Positions 17,083-25,612 of a stretch of DNA of 25,975 nucleotides are shown piece by piece. Position 1 is the first letter of the stretch, and each line of letters begins with the position of its first letter. The stretch is from a virus (Duplodnaviria > Caudoviricetes): the IMG/VR virus record IMGVR_UViG_3300044769_000012, positions 1-25,975 of that record; one strand, written 5' to 3'. Position numbers and translations under genes: made by a program. A model generated the notes under the pieces. It was not told the DNA's origin. It made no database searches and was given only the letters and a program-made list of their open reading frames with translations.

Positions 17083-17643
17083 CTATGCACCTCCCATCTG
17101 GGCGGCCGCATCGAGGAATCGGAAGAACTCCCGCCCACCATTGCGACCAGCATCACCGGCATAAACCCCGGTCACTACGATGCTGTCTGTTTTTGTCTTG
17201 TCGATGAACCAGTACCCGTTGGAATCCTTGGTCAGGCCGTAGGACTTACCCACGTCCGTCTCCAAGGCAGGGACCGTATCCAGCACTTGCGCCTGGAATT
17301 CGGTGGTGTCGTCAGCAAGCTGGACACCGATCATCCCATCGTTGATGGGCGCCCCGCGAGGGATATTTACTGCTAAGGGTTGATTTTGAACCTCCCCGAA
17401 CGTCAAGGTCTCCTTGACGCCCACGGTGGTCAGATTGGAAGCGGGCTCAACGGCAATCCCAGCAACCTTGCTAGTTGCCACTACCCCCGACCATTCTGCA
17501 ACCCCGCCATCAACGGCATTATCTCGAAAGACAGGGGTCCCAAACTTGAAGGTTTGAGCTGCCTTCTCTTGATAACGACGGATGGATGGCTGACTATCAG
17601 TGGTGGTTCTTGCTACCACGATAGGTACGGCTTTACCCGCCAT
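17083..17643 (-). CDS. Putative capsid decoration / cement protein (186 aa)
   Basis: SD AGGAG, beta-rich sequence (FKFGTPVF, VAGIAVE, DDTTEFQAQ, DVGKSYGL), immediately upstream of the capsid gene. Confidence 0.65.
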   Translation of the reverse strand: MAGKAVPIVVARTTTDSQPSIRRYQEKAAQTFKFGTPVFRDNAVDGGVAEWSGVVATSKVAGIAVEPASNLTTVGVKETLTFGEVQNQPLAVNIPRGAPINDGMIGVQLADDTTEFQAQVLDTVPALETDVGKSYGLTKDSNGYWFIDKTKTDSIVVTGVYAGDAGRNGGREFFRFLDAAAQMGGA

Positions 17644-17661
17644 GAGAGTGGTCTCCTTTCA

Positions 17662-18195
17662 CTAAGATCTGGTAACTGTGTGAGTTACCGCTTGATTGGC
17701 ATCAATTAGCCGATCAAGTTGCGCCTGGTCTGGCGCAAAGGGGGTAAGGTGCCCGCCTGACCGCTTCATCAAGCCCTTCATCTCCTCCATGGCAGCTTCT
17801 GCGGTCTGTCCGGCTGCCATCTTGGTACGGAGGACCAAGGCCTTCATCGCTGAGGCATACCTCGTCTCAGAGATCTTCATCAGCACAACGTCACCGTTTA
17901 AGAACTTACCTTCCTTATTCGGCTTGATCGTGCACTCAACGTCATTCTTATTCGCAAATTGATAACCCTCCGCCTGGGCCCCGTACATCATCGCGCCCTC
18001 CTTCGCCTTCCAGTTGACCCAACGACATCTGATCCCAGGTACCAGATACCGTACGTCAAAGGTCGCTGGAGGCATGAGGTCCTCAGCAATGATGTTCTCG
18101 TCCGTCAGGATCTCAAGTTCTGAACGAGGAGTGAAATACTTTTGAACCGGGCCCTCTGGCGCCGATTCATCTGTTTTGTTTTTGTCTTCCGCCAT
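17662..18195 (-). CDS. Conserved head-module hypothetical protein (177 aa)
   Basis: PG..CRWVN...EGYQF...GDVVLMKI pattern between scaffold and decoration genes. TAAATG coupling to the scaffold gene. Confidence 0.75.
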   Translation of the reverse strand: MAEDKNKTDESAPEGPVQKYFTPRSELEILTDENIIAEDLMPPATFDVRYLVPGIRCRWVNWKAKEGAMMYGAQAEGYQFANKNDVECTIKPNKEGKFLNGDVVLMKISETRYASAMKALVLRTKMAAGQTAEAAMEEMKGLMKRSGGHLTPFAPDQAQLDRLIDANQAVTHTVTRS

Positions 18196-18888
18196 TTAGA
18201 CCCCCACGGTCATCTTAGATTTTTGAGCCAGATACTTCTCCGGCGTAACACCAAGCTGTTTTGCGATCTTGAGCTCTCGGTCTGTGAGCTGCTGTTGCGC
18301 CGTTTTTGGTGCCGGCGGATCACTTGGGCTGGACGACTCAGAGTAACCTGGAACCATAGAGGGGTCCCTTGCATACTCCTGCACGTGACGCCCGCGCACG
18401 CGTTCAATAATGATCTCCCACGTCGCTGGGTCCATGAGATACATCGGATTAAGTGGGTTAGCAAGCTCATCAATCTCCGAACCCCAGAGTTTGAACTCCT
18501 TGGCGTACTTGACCTTCATTTGCTCTTTGATCAGGTACACCTGCGTCTGGGTCGTGGCCTGCACCAGCGGGGCGGCCTTCTCATTGAAGGCGGCATCTGG
18601 GTCCGTCCACCATTTGCTGCGCTGGTCTGCCGGATTCGGTGGGGCTACTGGTTGACTGACCGGCTTTGCTGGGGTCAGATTTGCTACCTTGTTCAGAAGT
18701 GCACTGTTCGTGGCCTGGTATTCACGATTCTGTGACTCCAGGATCTTAATACGTTTCTGCTCCTCCGTCTCCACCGGTGGTGTTGCTGGGACGGCCGGTG
18801 TTGGGGCCGCTGGGTTTGTCACCGCTGGTGGGGAGCCCTGCGGCATATTTGGCGGATTCGCGTTGTAAAGCCTCAAGTTCTTCATCAT
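18196..18888 (-). CDS. Putative scaffolding protein (230 aa)
   Basis: SD GGAGGT, Pro-rich N-terminus, coiled coil, and C-terminal LTDRELKIAKQLGVTPEKY typical of capsid-binding scaffold tails. Confidence 0.8.
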   Translation of the reverse strand: MMKNLRLYNANPPNMPQGSPPAVTNPAAPTPAVPATPPVETEEQKRIKILESQNREYQATNSALLNKVANLTPAKPVSQPVAPPNPADQRSKWWTDPDAAFNEKAAPLVQATTQTQVYLIKEQMKVKYAKEFKLWGSEIDELANPLNPMYLMDPATWEIIIERVRGRHVQEYARDPSMVPGYSESSSPSDPPAPKTAQQQLTDRELKIAKQLGVTPEKYLAQKSKMTVGV

Positions 18889-19180
18889 ATACTACCTCCG
18901 GTCTTCTAGATTGGTCCTTCTCTTCAAGAGCTATCTTGAAGTTCTCCGTTAACTTTCTGAGGTTCTCCTTAAATCCCTTAACCTCTCTGATCACCTGTAA
19001 TGCGCCTTGTGCCCTAAAGATCTCAGGCCGAAGGTGGGATCGCTCCAACGTCCGGCGGGACCTGCTCTCCAGGTGCCCCAGGAGGCGGAGGAACAGGAGC
19101 CATTCCTGACTGTTGAGCAAAAGGGACAACCTGTCCTGGTTGGCCAGGAACTCCTTGGCCAGGGGCTCCAGCTGGGACAT
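18746..19180 (-). CDS. Small helical protein downstream of portal (144 aa), overlapping both portal and scaffold genes
   Basis: Protein-like core LLNSQEW...EIFRAQGALQVIREV, similar to small post-portal proteins of podoviruses. AGGAG precedes ATG 19180 with short spacing. Confidence 0.65.
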   Translation of the reverse strand: MSQLEPLAKEFLANQDRLSLLLNSQEWLLFLRLLGHLESRSRRTLERSHLRPEIFRAQGALQVIREVKGFKENLRKLTENFKIALEEKDQSRRPEVVYDEELEALQRESAKYAAGLPTSGDKPSGPNTGRPSNTTGGDGGAETY

Positions 19181-20951
19181 CAGCTCCTGGTAACTCGAGT
19201 CTTGGGAGGATGCGTTCGGTGTCTCCATTATCAAAGCTCTTCAAAATGTTGTGGAAGAGGACCTTGCTCCCTTTATAGATGCTCATGAGATAGTTCTTGA
19301 GCGTCGGGTCCTTGATGGTCATAATCATCTTGACCAACTCAATGGATTGTGTATAGTACGTGGTCATCGTCTGAGCAAGCATGGTGGCATGCTGACGTTC
19401 GACCTCGCGATTCACCGACGCGTTGCTGCAGGTCAAGTCCATCTGCAGTTGGTTGTACATCGCAATGCTCCGCGCAATCCGAATCATCCGTGCTGGATCA
19501 AACTTCTGACGAAGACGTTCATGCACGCCCCCGAGCGCGTATGACTTTAGAGCAAGACGACCTACCCTGGTAACTGCCGCGCGCAAATCCATAATGTTGA
19601 GATCTGTTCGCATGTTACCCTCTTGAAGCATGGATAGCGTACCTGAGGCGGAATAGACCCCACGCTTTCCTCCCATCGCCCCTGCACCGTAGCCGATCAT
19701 CGGCGGGCTGACACCTGACCTTCTCTCCGCAAGATCAAGTGCAACGCGCTCCTCCTCAAATTCAAAGGTTGATTCACGGCCCATCTGTTCTACCCGGATA
19801 TCATCCAGGCTGTCGACAAACAGTGGTTTATTGGGAAATAGTGGGAAGCTAAGGTCCAACATTGAATCCTTACGGGCCACGATGACATTGGTGTTGGCCG
19901 CGGTGGCTCGATCACGACGCTGATTATGGATCGTGCTTGCCTCCTCCTGCGATTGCTCAAGCAGTTCCGCGAACCCACGACCATGCCACATGTCATCACG
20001 TGGGAACAGCTTGCATCCGATAAACACATCTGAGAGATCATCGCCAGTATTATACGGGTTATAGATCTTTCTGACGAAGCTGTCCGACTCAATATGATAG
20101 GTGACGCATAATGAGTAGTACCTACCATCAACCAGTGGGTACTTATCAATCCAGCACTCATAGAACGTCAACCGATCTGCCGGCAATGAGACGATGCCGG
20201 TGTTCTCCTCCTGTTTAACCTCAATATTGGTCCGATTGCTGAGGTCAGGTCTTGTGTACAACCGTTTGATCACGTCGAGGTCATAGAACCCCTGGTATGC
20301 ACGTAGGAGCGCAGTCTCCTTATGGAGGCGAACCCGGTGTACCTTCATGATCGCATCCTTAAAGTCTTGCACCCCTAGAGGCCACATCAAGAAGTCCGTG
20401 AATAACGTCTTCATCGGTTTGGGTCCGTCGTAGCGCACCACCTCCCTTTCTGAGATCTCATTCGGCGTTGACGAGGGCTCAACCACGATGGTGTGATCAG
20501 TAACATAGGGCACCTTGGCCACCGACGAGCCCAACTTCACGATATCGAATAACCAGTCCTTGATCGTTTGGTACAGTGCAAGCTCAGACTCATCCAACGC
20601 AGTGTGCTTCATGAAATCTTCCAGGTCCTTCTTAATGTGTTCTGGAAGTTCACCAAACGCGGTGAAAGTAAACAGCGGATCGGTCTTAAAGATAAGTGAG
20701 AGGATACGCGCCACGAGGGTGTCAGTGTGGATGCCCACCAACTGAACCACGAAGTTGCTCGCTCGGTGCCATGGGAAGCTCTTCACCTGCTCAAAGGGCT
20801 CCCCGTTATAGATCTTACGCCAGCGCGGGACATGCTCCGTGAAAAGTGTCTGAGTCCCACGGATCGCTAGATCAAGGTTCGTGCGCACGTAATGCCTCAA
20901 CTCGCGCTCACGTTCCTCACTGAGACCCTTGATGGGGATGGCTCGAATCAT
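19023..20951 (-). CDS. Portal protein (642 aa)
   Basis: Size and position, plus motifs SFPWHRASN, KLGSSVAKV, WHGRGFAE..EQSQEE..TIHNQRRD and AERRSGVS. Confidence 0.88.
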   Translation of the reverse strand: MIRAIPIKGLSEERERELRHYVRTNLDLAIRGTQTLFTEHVPRWRKIYNGEPFEQVKSFPWHRASNFVVQLVGIHTDTLVARILSLIFKTDPLFTFTAFGELPEHIKKDLEDFMKHTALDESELALYQTIKDWLFDIVKLGSSVAKVPYVTDHTIVVEPSSTPNEISEREVVRYDGPKPMKTLFTDFLMWPLGVQDFKDAIMKVHRVRLHKETALLRAYQGFYDLDVIKRLYTRPDLSNRTNIEVKQEENTGIVSLPADRLTFYECWIDKYPLVDGRYYSLCVTYHIESDSFVRKIYNPYNTGDDLSDVFIGCKLFPRDDMWHGRGFAELLEQSQEEASTIHNQRRDRATAANTNVIVARKDSMLDLSFPLFPNKPLFVDSLDDIRVEQMGRESTFEFEEERVALDLAERRSGVSPPMIGYGAGAMGGKRGVYSASGTLSMLQEGNMRTDLNIMDLRAAVTRVGRLALKSYALGGVHERLRQKFDPARMIRIARSIAMYNQLQMDLTCSNASVNREVERQHATMLAQTMTTYYTQSIELVKMIMTIKDPTLKNYLMSIYKGSKVLFHNILKSFDNGDTERILPRLELPGADVPAGAPGQGVPGQPGQVVPFAQQSGMAPVPPPPGAPGEQVPPDVGAIPPSA

Positions 20952-20959
20952 TAGAACCT

Positions 20960-21322
20960 CTACACGAAGTCGTATGTGATCTTTTCTAGATCAAGATAGG
21001 AACCAACAAGCGCCACGAATACGTCACGCAGGTTCCGTTGTTGCGCAAACTCAGACAACCGCCAAAGGTCACTCATATTGAAGGTCATCTTAGGATCTCT
21101 AACGTTGTCAAAGGTGATGGTCTGCTTCCAAATACGACCATCAACGGTATTGATCTTGTATTCAAATACCTTAGGGGTCACGCCAACGCCTGACGTTCTG
21201 GTGAACGTGATCTTCTCAAGCGCGACGGCAGCATACAGTAATTCAGCGAAGTTCGACACCCTCGCCCAATCTGCACCAGTCAAATTGAGCGAGAGTGGTA
21301 ATGTCGTACATGCGTGCTTCAT
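20960..21322 (-). CDS. Hypothetical protein with internal duplication (120 aa)
   Basis: SD AAGGAG before MKHACTT. Two copies of D.xR[VL]SxFA...LEKIT[FY]. Confidence 0.7.
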   Translation of the reverse strand: MKHACTTLPLSLNLTGADWARVSNFAELLYAAVALEKITFTRTSGVGVTPKVFEYKINTVDGRIWKQTITFDNVRDPKMTFNMSDLWRLSEFAQQRNLRDVFVALVGSYLDLEKITYDFV

Positions 21323-21330
21323 ACTGCTCC

Positions 21331-22200
21331 TTACGCAGGTCGTGCGGTAGACCAACCAGCCTCAGTGGCGTTCGCCGCCCACATGATGCCGGCCGCAATC
21401 GTCAGGACGGCCGCCTGATTGGTGGCATGGGCAAATCGGCACCCACTGACCAACCCGGTGGAACCTGCCGCATCGAGCAACAAGAAATCAGTGGGGGCGA
21501 CCCCAGCCTCATCCTTATCATGGAAGTTGTCGATCAGCTCAGTGTTCACATTCTTTCCAGTCCCACCTGTCCCGCGAATGTGGGCGGTGACAATGTTATG
21601 GAAACGTGAACGACGGATGAGCGTCTGGGTTGGGAACGAGGAGACCCCACCAACGAAGTCGACCCCGATACCACACCAGGCAAACTCACAATCGTCGAAC
21701 ATGATGTCACCGGTCCCGACGATCTTTACGGCGACACCATCCGGGCCCTCAAGCTTACAGCGGTATGCCCGGAACCGGGCAATCTCATCACCCAACTGAA
21801 GGGCGTAGTCCGCGGTGCCCTTACCAGCGACACCCACATTGATCAGTGTGACGTCATCAGCCTCGATTGAGAGACCGGGGTCATTCACCCCACCTGGTTC
21901 GATATAAGCCGAACCCCGACCACCGAGGTCAAAGCCATAACCAATCAGTGAGACCCCTGACTTGTCAAGCACCAAGCCGGTCTCCTCGAACCGCTGCGGT
22001 GCCAAGAACGCGACGTCATTCGGCTGGATCACGTTGAACAGCTCTTCCAGCGTCTCAATCTGTTGCCCGGTACCAACGTACCAAGCTGTTCTCGCGAATG
22101 GAAACCCAACCTGGGTTGGGACGCTCTTAACCTCGAGCACCCCAGTCAAGGGATTGGGAACCAGACTAGGGAACGTTAAAGGGTTTGAACTTGAACCCAT
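21331..22200 (-). CDS. Right-handed parallel beta-helix (pectin-lyase-like) protein (289 aa)
   Basis: SD AAGGAGG. Beta-helix rung patterns (DVAFLAP, VLDKSGVSLIG, IEADDVTLIN, FDDCEF, IRRSRF, VSGCRF). Confidence 0.78.
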   Translation of the reverse strand: MGSSSNPLTFPSLVPNPLTGVLEVKSVPTQVGFPFARTAWYVGTGQQIETLEELFNVIQPNDVAFLAPQRFEETGLVLDKSGVSLIGYGFDLGGRGSAYIEPGGVNDPGLSIEADDVTLINVGVAGKGTADYALQLGDEIARFRAYRCKLEGPDGVAVKIVGTGDIMFDDCEFAWCGIGVDFVGGVSSFPTQTLIRRSRFHNIVTAHIRGTGGTGKNVNTELIDNFHDKDEAGVAPTDFLLLDAAGSTGLVSGCRFAHATNQAAVLTIAAGIMWAANATEAGWSTARPA

Positions 22201-22226
22201 GTCTTTCCTCCTTGGCCGGTGGCCAG

Positions 22227-22640
22227 TTACTGATCACGAAGATTGGTGGGTGGGCGGCCAACCCGCTCAGTGGCCACCGTGTTACTAGGGGCGCTGACGG
22301 AGCTTGTTGCCGGTGTGGCGGCAACAACATTGTAATAGGTAAATTTGAACCCAGGGGTGAAGGCAGCACTGATCGAGGTCGTCCTGAGTTTGATCGGGAT
22401 CGACTTCAAGGTGATTGTCGTCTTGGTGAGGTCATCTGTCCAACGAAGTTGAAACTCCGCATAGACCGGCTCATCAACAACCTGATAGTCCCAGGTAAAT
22501 GTCGTGTTCTCACCCACAAACTTCTTCACTGTCATCGTGGGCGCGGTCGTTTGCGCGTGCGCGTGCGCGGATAACAGTAGAAGCAGCATGATGATCGACG
22601 AGATCACGATGGTTAGTCGAGCTGTCTTGAGATAGGTCAT
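22227..22640 (-). CDS. Exported fibronectin type III-like protein (137 aa, signal peptide)
   Basis: ATG 1 nt after the terL stop. Signal peptide MTYLKTARLTIVISSIIMLLLLLSAHAHA|Q. Fn3-like motifs FTWDY, YYNVVAA, SAPSN, PPTNL. Confidence 0.75.
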   Translation of the reverse strand: MTYLKTARLTIVISSIIMLLLLLSAHAHAQTTAPTMTVKKFVGENTTFTWDYQVVDEPVYAEFQLRWTDDLTKTTITLKSIPIKLRTTSISAAFTPGFKFTYYNVVAATPATSSVSAPSNTVATERVGRPPTNLRDQ

Positions 22641-22641
22641 A

Positions 22642-24228
22642 TCAATACCCCGATGTCTTGCTAACTGAGTTTTGTAGCGCATTTATCCGTTTCCTCACAA
22701 TCTCATATTCATCTTCCCCAACTGGACGCCTACAGATCTCATCCGCGTGAGAGTAAGCATCGAGGAGATCAACCGTGGTCCCCGAGGGGAACTGCAGATA
22801 CTCTTTTCTGAACTCGGTGTCAGAGTCCACGATCGCGACCGACTTGCGCTCAAATCGTGGCTGCGTCGCCCTGATCCTCTCCTCCTTCGACTTGTCCGTG
22901 GCTTTTCTGAACACCACCACCTTCATCTTCTTCTTCTCAACGCGGGCCTTGTAGTTCATATAGTTCTGCAGATGCTGGTCTCCCCCGTAGCCCTCAATCC
23001 CGCATCGCTGACACTTGAACCTTTCATAGGCGTAGAACGCCTTCTCCATCATCGCATCGGTCGAGCCCCGCTCCGCCCACGCGTATAGTATCCAATGGTC
23101 CTCGTCCGTATCCACGCCAACAACGACAACCGCATGCCTGGCCTTACCCCTCTTACCCTCACGAGCGGGGTCAACCAGAACAAAACGATTAAGCTTACCC
23201 AGATAAGTACGTTTTCCATCATCTCGGACATAGACCTCCACCTTTTGGGCGGTCGCGGCGGCATGCGGCTTCGCCTCTAGCTCAACGGTGAATGACCTTA
23301 ACCACTCGGGCTCGAAGTCATGGGCGCCCGGTGCGATCGGGTTATTGAGGTACTGACAGGAGTAGAAGTAATCCCCCTGCTTACGTCGGATCCTCGCCAA
23401 ACCCTTAAGGCTAAACCTCTCTGGGAAGATAACGACCCCATCCTCAATCGCACTTCGTGTGATAAACTCATAGTCGAGCTCATTCTCACGAATCCAGGAA
23501 TTGAGGTCATTAAATGCCCACCGGTTCCCAATGACCAGAGACTCAGAATGGTCCGGGTCATCAAATGCGCCCTCAAGGAGCACGTGATAATCGATGGCGC
23601 CCCTCATGACCGTCTCGGACCCCATCGCCTCCATGCCGACGAGATCATCCTCAATCATGATATCATAGTGTCTTGACTGGAGTGCACTCCCTACGCCCGT
23701 CGCCTCCACCGTCGACTCGCTGAACTTCTCAGTCCGGTTAAACTCTAGCTCGGTGTCCGTCCACCGGCACTTCTCATTCGGCAACAAGCTCGGCCAGAGG
23801 CCGCGGAACAGCGCATTCGACTCAAACTGCTGCCTCGTTGACCTAAGGATCTTTTTCGCGTTCGTTTCAGTGCTGCTAATAACGAGGACGCGGACATTAG
23901 GGTTATGCACCGCTCGAAGCTGCTCAACCTCTTCAGTGGTTGTCCACCTCTTTTTAAGCGCATACTCTATGACCTCCTCCTCCATCGGGAGGGCTCGCCA
24001 CGTTGGTAGCGACTTCGAGGCCACCGTCGTCTTAAAGTGGCCCCTGGGCAACTCAACCACCGTCTTTCCCAGGGAGCGTTGCAGGGTGTTGCACAACGGC
24101 TGGTGAAGGTGAGGCACCAGCTTATTGTACTTAAATATCACCTTCGCGAAGAAGTAAAGTGAGGAGAGCCCCATCCACTTCATCCGCATCGCAAATTCAT
24201 ACGGATCGTGGATATTTGGCTCTACCAT
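22642..24228 (-). CDS. terL: Terminase large subunit
   Basis: Walker A LPRGHFKTT, Walker B HYDIMIEDD, coupling motif IGNRW, YSCQYLNNP linker, RNase H-like nuclease VLVDPA and FPSGTTVDLLDA. Confidence 0.95.
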   Translation of the reverse strand: MVEPNIHDPYEFAMRMKWMGLSSLYFFAKVIFKYNKLVPHLHQPLCNTLQRSLGKTVVELPRGHFKTTVASKSLPTWRALPMEEEVIEYALKKRWTTTEEVEQLRAVHNPNVRVLVISSTETNAKKILRSTRQQFESNALFRGLWPSLLPNEKCRWTDTELEFNRTEKFSESTVEATGVGSALQSRHYDIMIEDDLVGMEAMGSETVMRGAIDYHVLLEGAFDDPDHSESLVIGNRWAFNDLNSWIRENELDYEFITRSAIEDGVVIFPERFSLKGLARIRRKQGDYFYSCQYLNNPIAPGAHDFEPEWLRSFTVELEAKPHAAATAQKVEVYVRDDGKRTYLGKLNRFVLVDPAREGKRGKARHAVVVVGVDTDEDHWILYAWAERGSTDAMMEKAFYAYERFKCQRCGIEGYGGDQHLQNYMNYKARVEKKKMKVVVFRKATDKSKEERIRATQPRFERKSVAIVDSDTEFRKEYLQFPSGTTVDLLDAYSHADEICRRPVGEDEYEIVRKRINALQNSVSKTSGY

Positions 24229-24473
24229 CACTCATCCTTAAACCCCAGCCGCTTCATCCCAAGCTCAATCAGCATAGCCGCGAACACACGGCGGTCAGGA
24301 CATTTTGAGATGTCAGTAAACCACTGACCGCCACGCAGTTCCACCACAACACCAACACCAACCACCTCACCCTTGCGCGCCCGTGCAAGCACATTCTCTA
24401 GGACCTTAATCACGCTCTCATCTCTTGCCTGATTAAACGGCACGATGACATCCAGCGGCCTAGCCTTCCGCAT
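24228..24473 (-). CDS. Hypothetical protein (81 aa)
   Basis: Coupled to terL by TGATG; protein-like VIKVLENVLARARKGEVVGVGVV. Confidence 0.7.
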   Translation of the reverse strand: MRKARPLDVIVPFNQARDESVIKVLENVLARARKGEVVGVGVVVELRGGQWFTDISKCPDRRVFAAMLIELGMKRLGFKDE

Positions 24474-25152
24474 CTGTGGCCTCCTGCCTCAGCTCATCAC
24501 GCTCCTCCATGGTCATCGAACCCACCGTCCTCTCAGCCGGCACCAAGCGTGTCTGCGGCCCGGCCATCTCTTTGAAGGCACTCATAACCTCCTTCACGAC
24601 GTCGGCACCGAAGTTAAACACATTGGAGCTCTTGCCACCGTCCCCGGCGTTTACACGGGCGGGCACGAGCGCGTTCGCGCGATCCATAACCATATTCACC
24701 GCGGCCAGCCGATCACTATCCTTAGCGTTCTGACGACGGGCGATCCCCAAGGCAATGTGCATCATCTCATCAGCCGAGAGGCGAAGGATCATCTGTAACT
24801 CCTTGAGGGAGTCATGAACCTCCGCCTCTAGCCGTTGCACCCCACCGAGGGTGTACTCGTTGAATGACTCTCTAAAGTCATGGTCGCCAAGCCTTGCATG
24901 GATGAGCGGCTCAATCTCCTTCCCACCCATCGCCGCAATGATTTTAGGTAGCGGCTGCCTTAGAACCAGTCGCCGAATCAACTCTTGATCGAACCGAAAG
25001 GCCGCGATCTTCTCAGGCTGAACCTGGTATGGCTGCTGCCCGCGGGGCAGCGAATCTAAGGTCTTCTGCTTCTCAGACTTGCGCGCCTCTTTCAAAAACT
25101 TTGATTTCCGCGTCTTCCGCTCCTGATCAGGAAACGCGCGTGCGCGTAGCAT
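24460..25152 (-). CDS. Putative terminase small subunit (230 aa)
   Basis: Basic N-terminus, possible HTH, and DSDRLAAVNMVMDRA motif similar to terS-like proteins. Located upstream of terL. Confidence 0.6.
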   Translation of the reverse strand: MLRARAFPDQERKTRKSKFLKEARKSEKQKTLDSLPRGQQPYQVQPEKIAAFRFDQELIRRLVLRQPLPKIIAAMGGKEIEPLIHARLGDHDFRESFNEYTLGGVQRLEAEVHDSLKELQMILRLSADEMMHIALGIARRQNAKDSDRLAAVNMVMDRANALVPARVNAGDGGKSSNVFNFGADVVKEVMSAFKEMAGPQTRLVPAERTVGSMTMEERDELRQEATDAEG

Positions 25153-25171
25153 TGGAGTTACCCCTTAATTC

Positions 25172-25480
25172 TCAGCTTACTGAGAAATTCTCAGGCGGGT
25201 GCGGCGTGTTGTCAATGATCACCTGAGTCAGATTGGTCGCGTAGCTGGCATTTGTGCCATCCTTCACGGCCGCGATCCTAAAGTATAACGTGGCCGCCCC
25301 TGCATTGATGACCTTCTCCCTTGAACTAACAGGCAGGCCACCAACAACCACCGCAAAGACGCCATTCGGCGTGGGTGAGGACTCAATTCTGAACTCATCA
25401 ATCTGCGCCTCATGCGCTGGATTGTATTCCCACGCAAAGAGGATGGGGTCACCAGTTCTTTTCACCACCGACGTCGACAT
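25172..25480 (-). CDS. Fibronectin type III-like protein without signal peptide (102 aa)
   Basis: FAWEY, EFRI, LYFRIAAV and PHPPENFSV motifs; alignable by eye with 22227..22640. Confidence 0.72.
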   Translation of the reverse strand: MSTSVVKRTGDPILFAWEYNPAHEAQIDEFRIESSPTPNGVFAVVVGGLPVSSREKVINAGAATLYFRIAAVKDGTNASYATNLTQVIIDNTPHPPENFSVS

Positions 25481-25569
25481 GATATGATAGCGGCCTCCTG
25501 CCGCGGCCTAAGGCCCAAACATGATCCTTAGGTCTCCTTATGGTAGAGACAACATTGGCTGAGCTGAAG

Positions 25570-25599
25570 ATTGTAGGCGAGGGAGTTTACTTCTGTAAA
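25570..25599 (-). promoter_or_regulatory. Sigma70-type promoter driving the morphogenesis operon
   Basis: Minus strand TTTACA (25599-25594), 18-nt spacer, TACAAT (25575-25570), with an AT-rich upstream tract in a genome that is otherwise not AT-rich. Confidence 0.6.
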
Positions 25600-25612
25600 C
25601 AACAATTTTTGC

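Noticed and set aside
17079-17162. 28-aa N-terminal extension of the capsid protein
   Set aside because: It overlaps the decoration gene; SD GGGAGGT supports the start at 17078.
22553-22569. GCGCGT short tandem repeat as a phase-variation tract
   Set aside because: Only about three 6-nt in-frame units, encoding AHAHA of the signal peptide; slippage would not shift the frame.
25508-25510. Genome-wide amber (TAG) recoding suggested by the in-frame TAG upstream of 25480
   Set aside because: TAG ends several genes immediately before the next start (e.g. 6301, 13995, 15067, 17083), and long ORFs are intact under the standard code.
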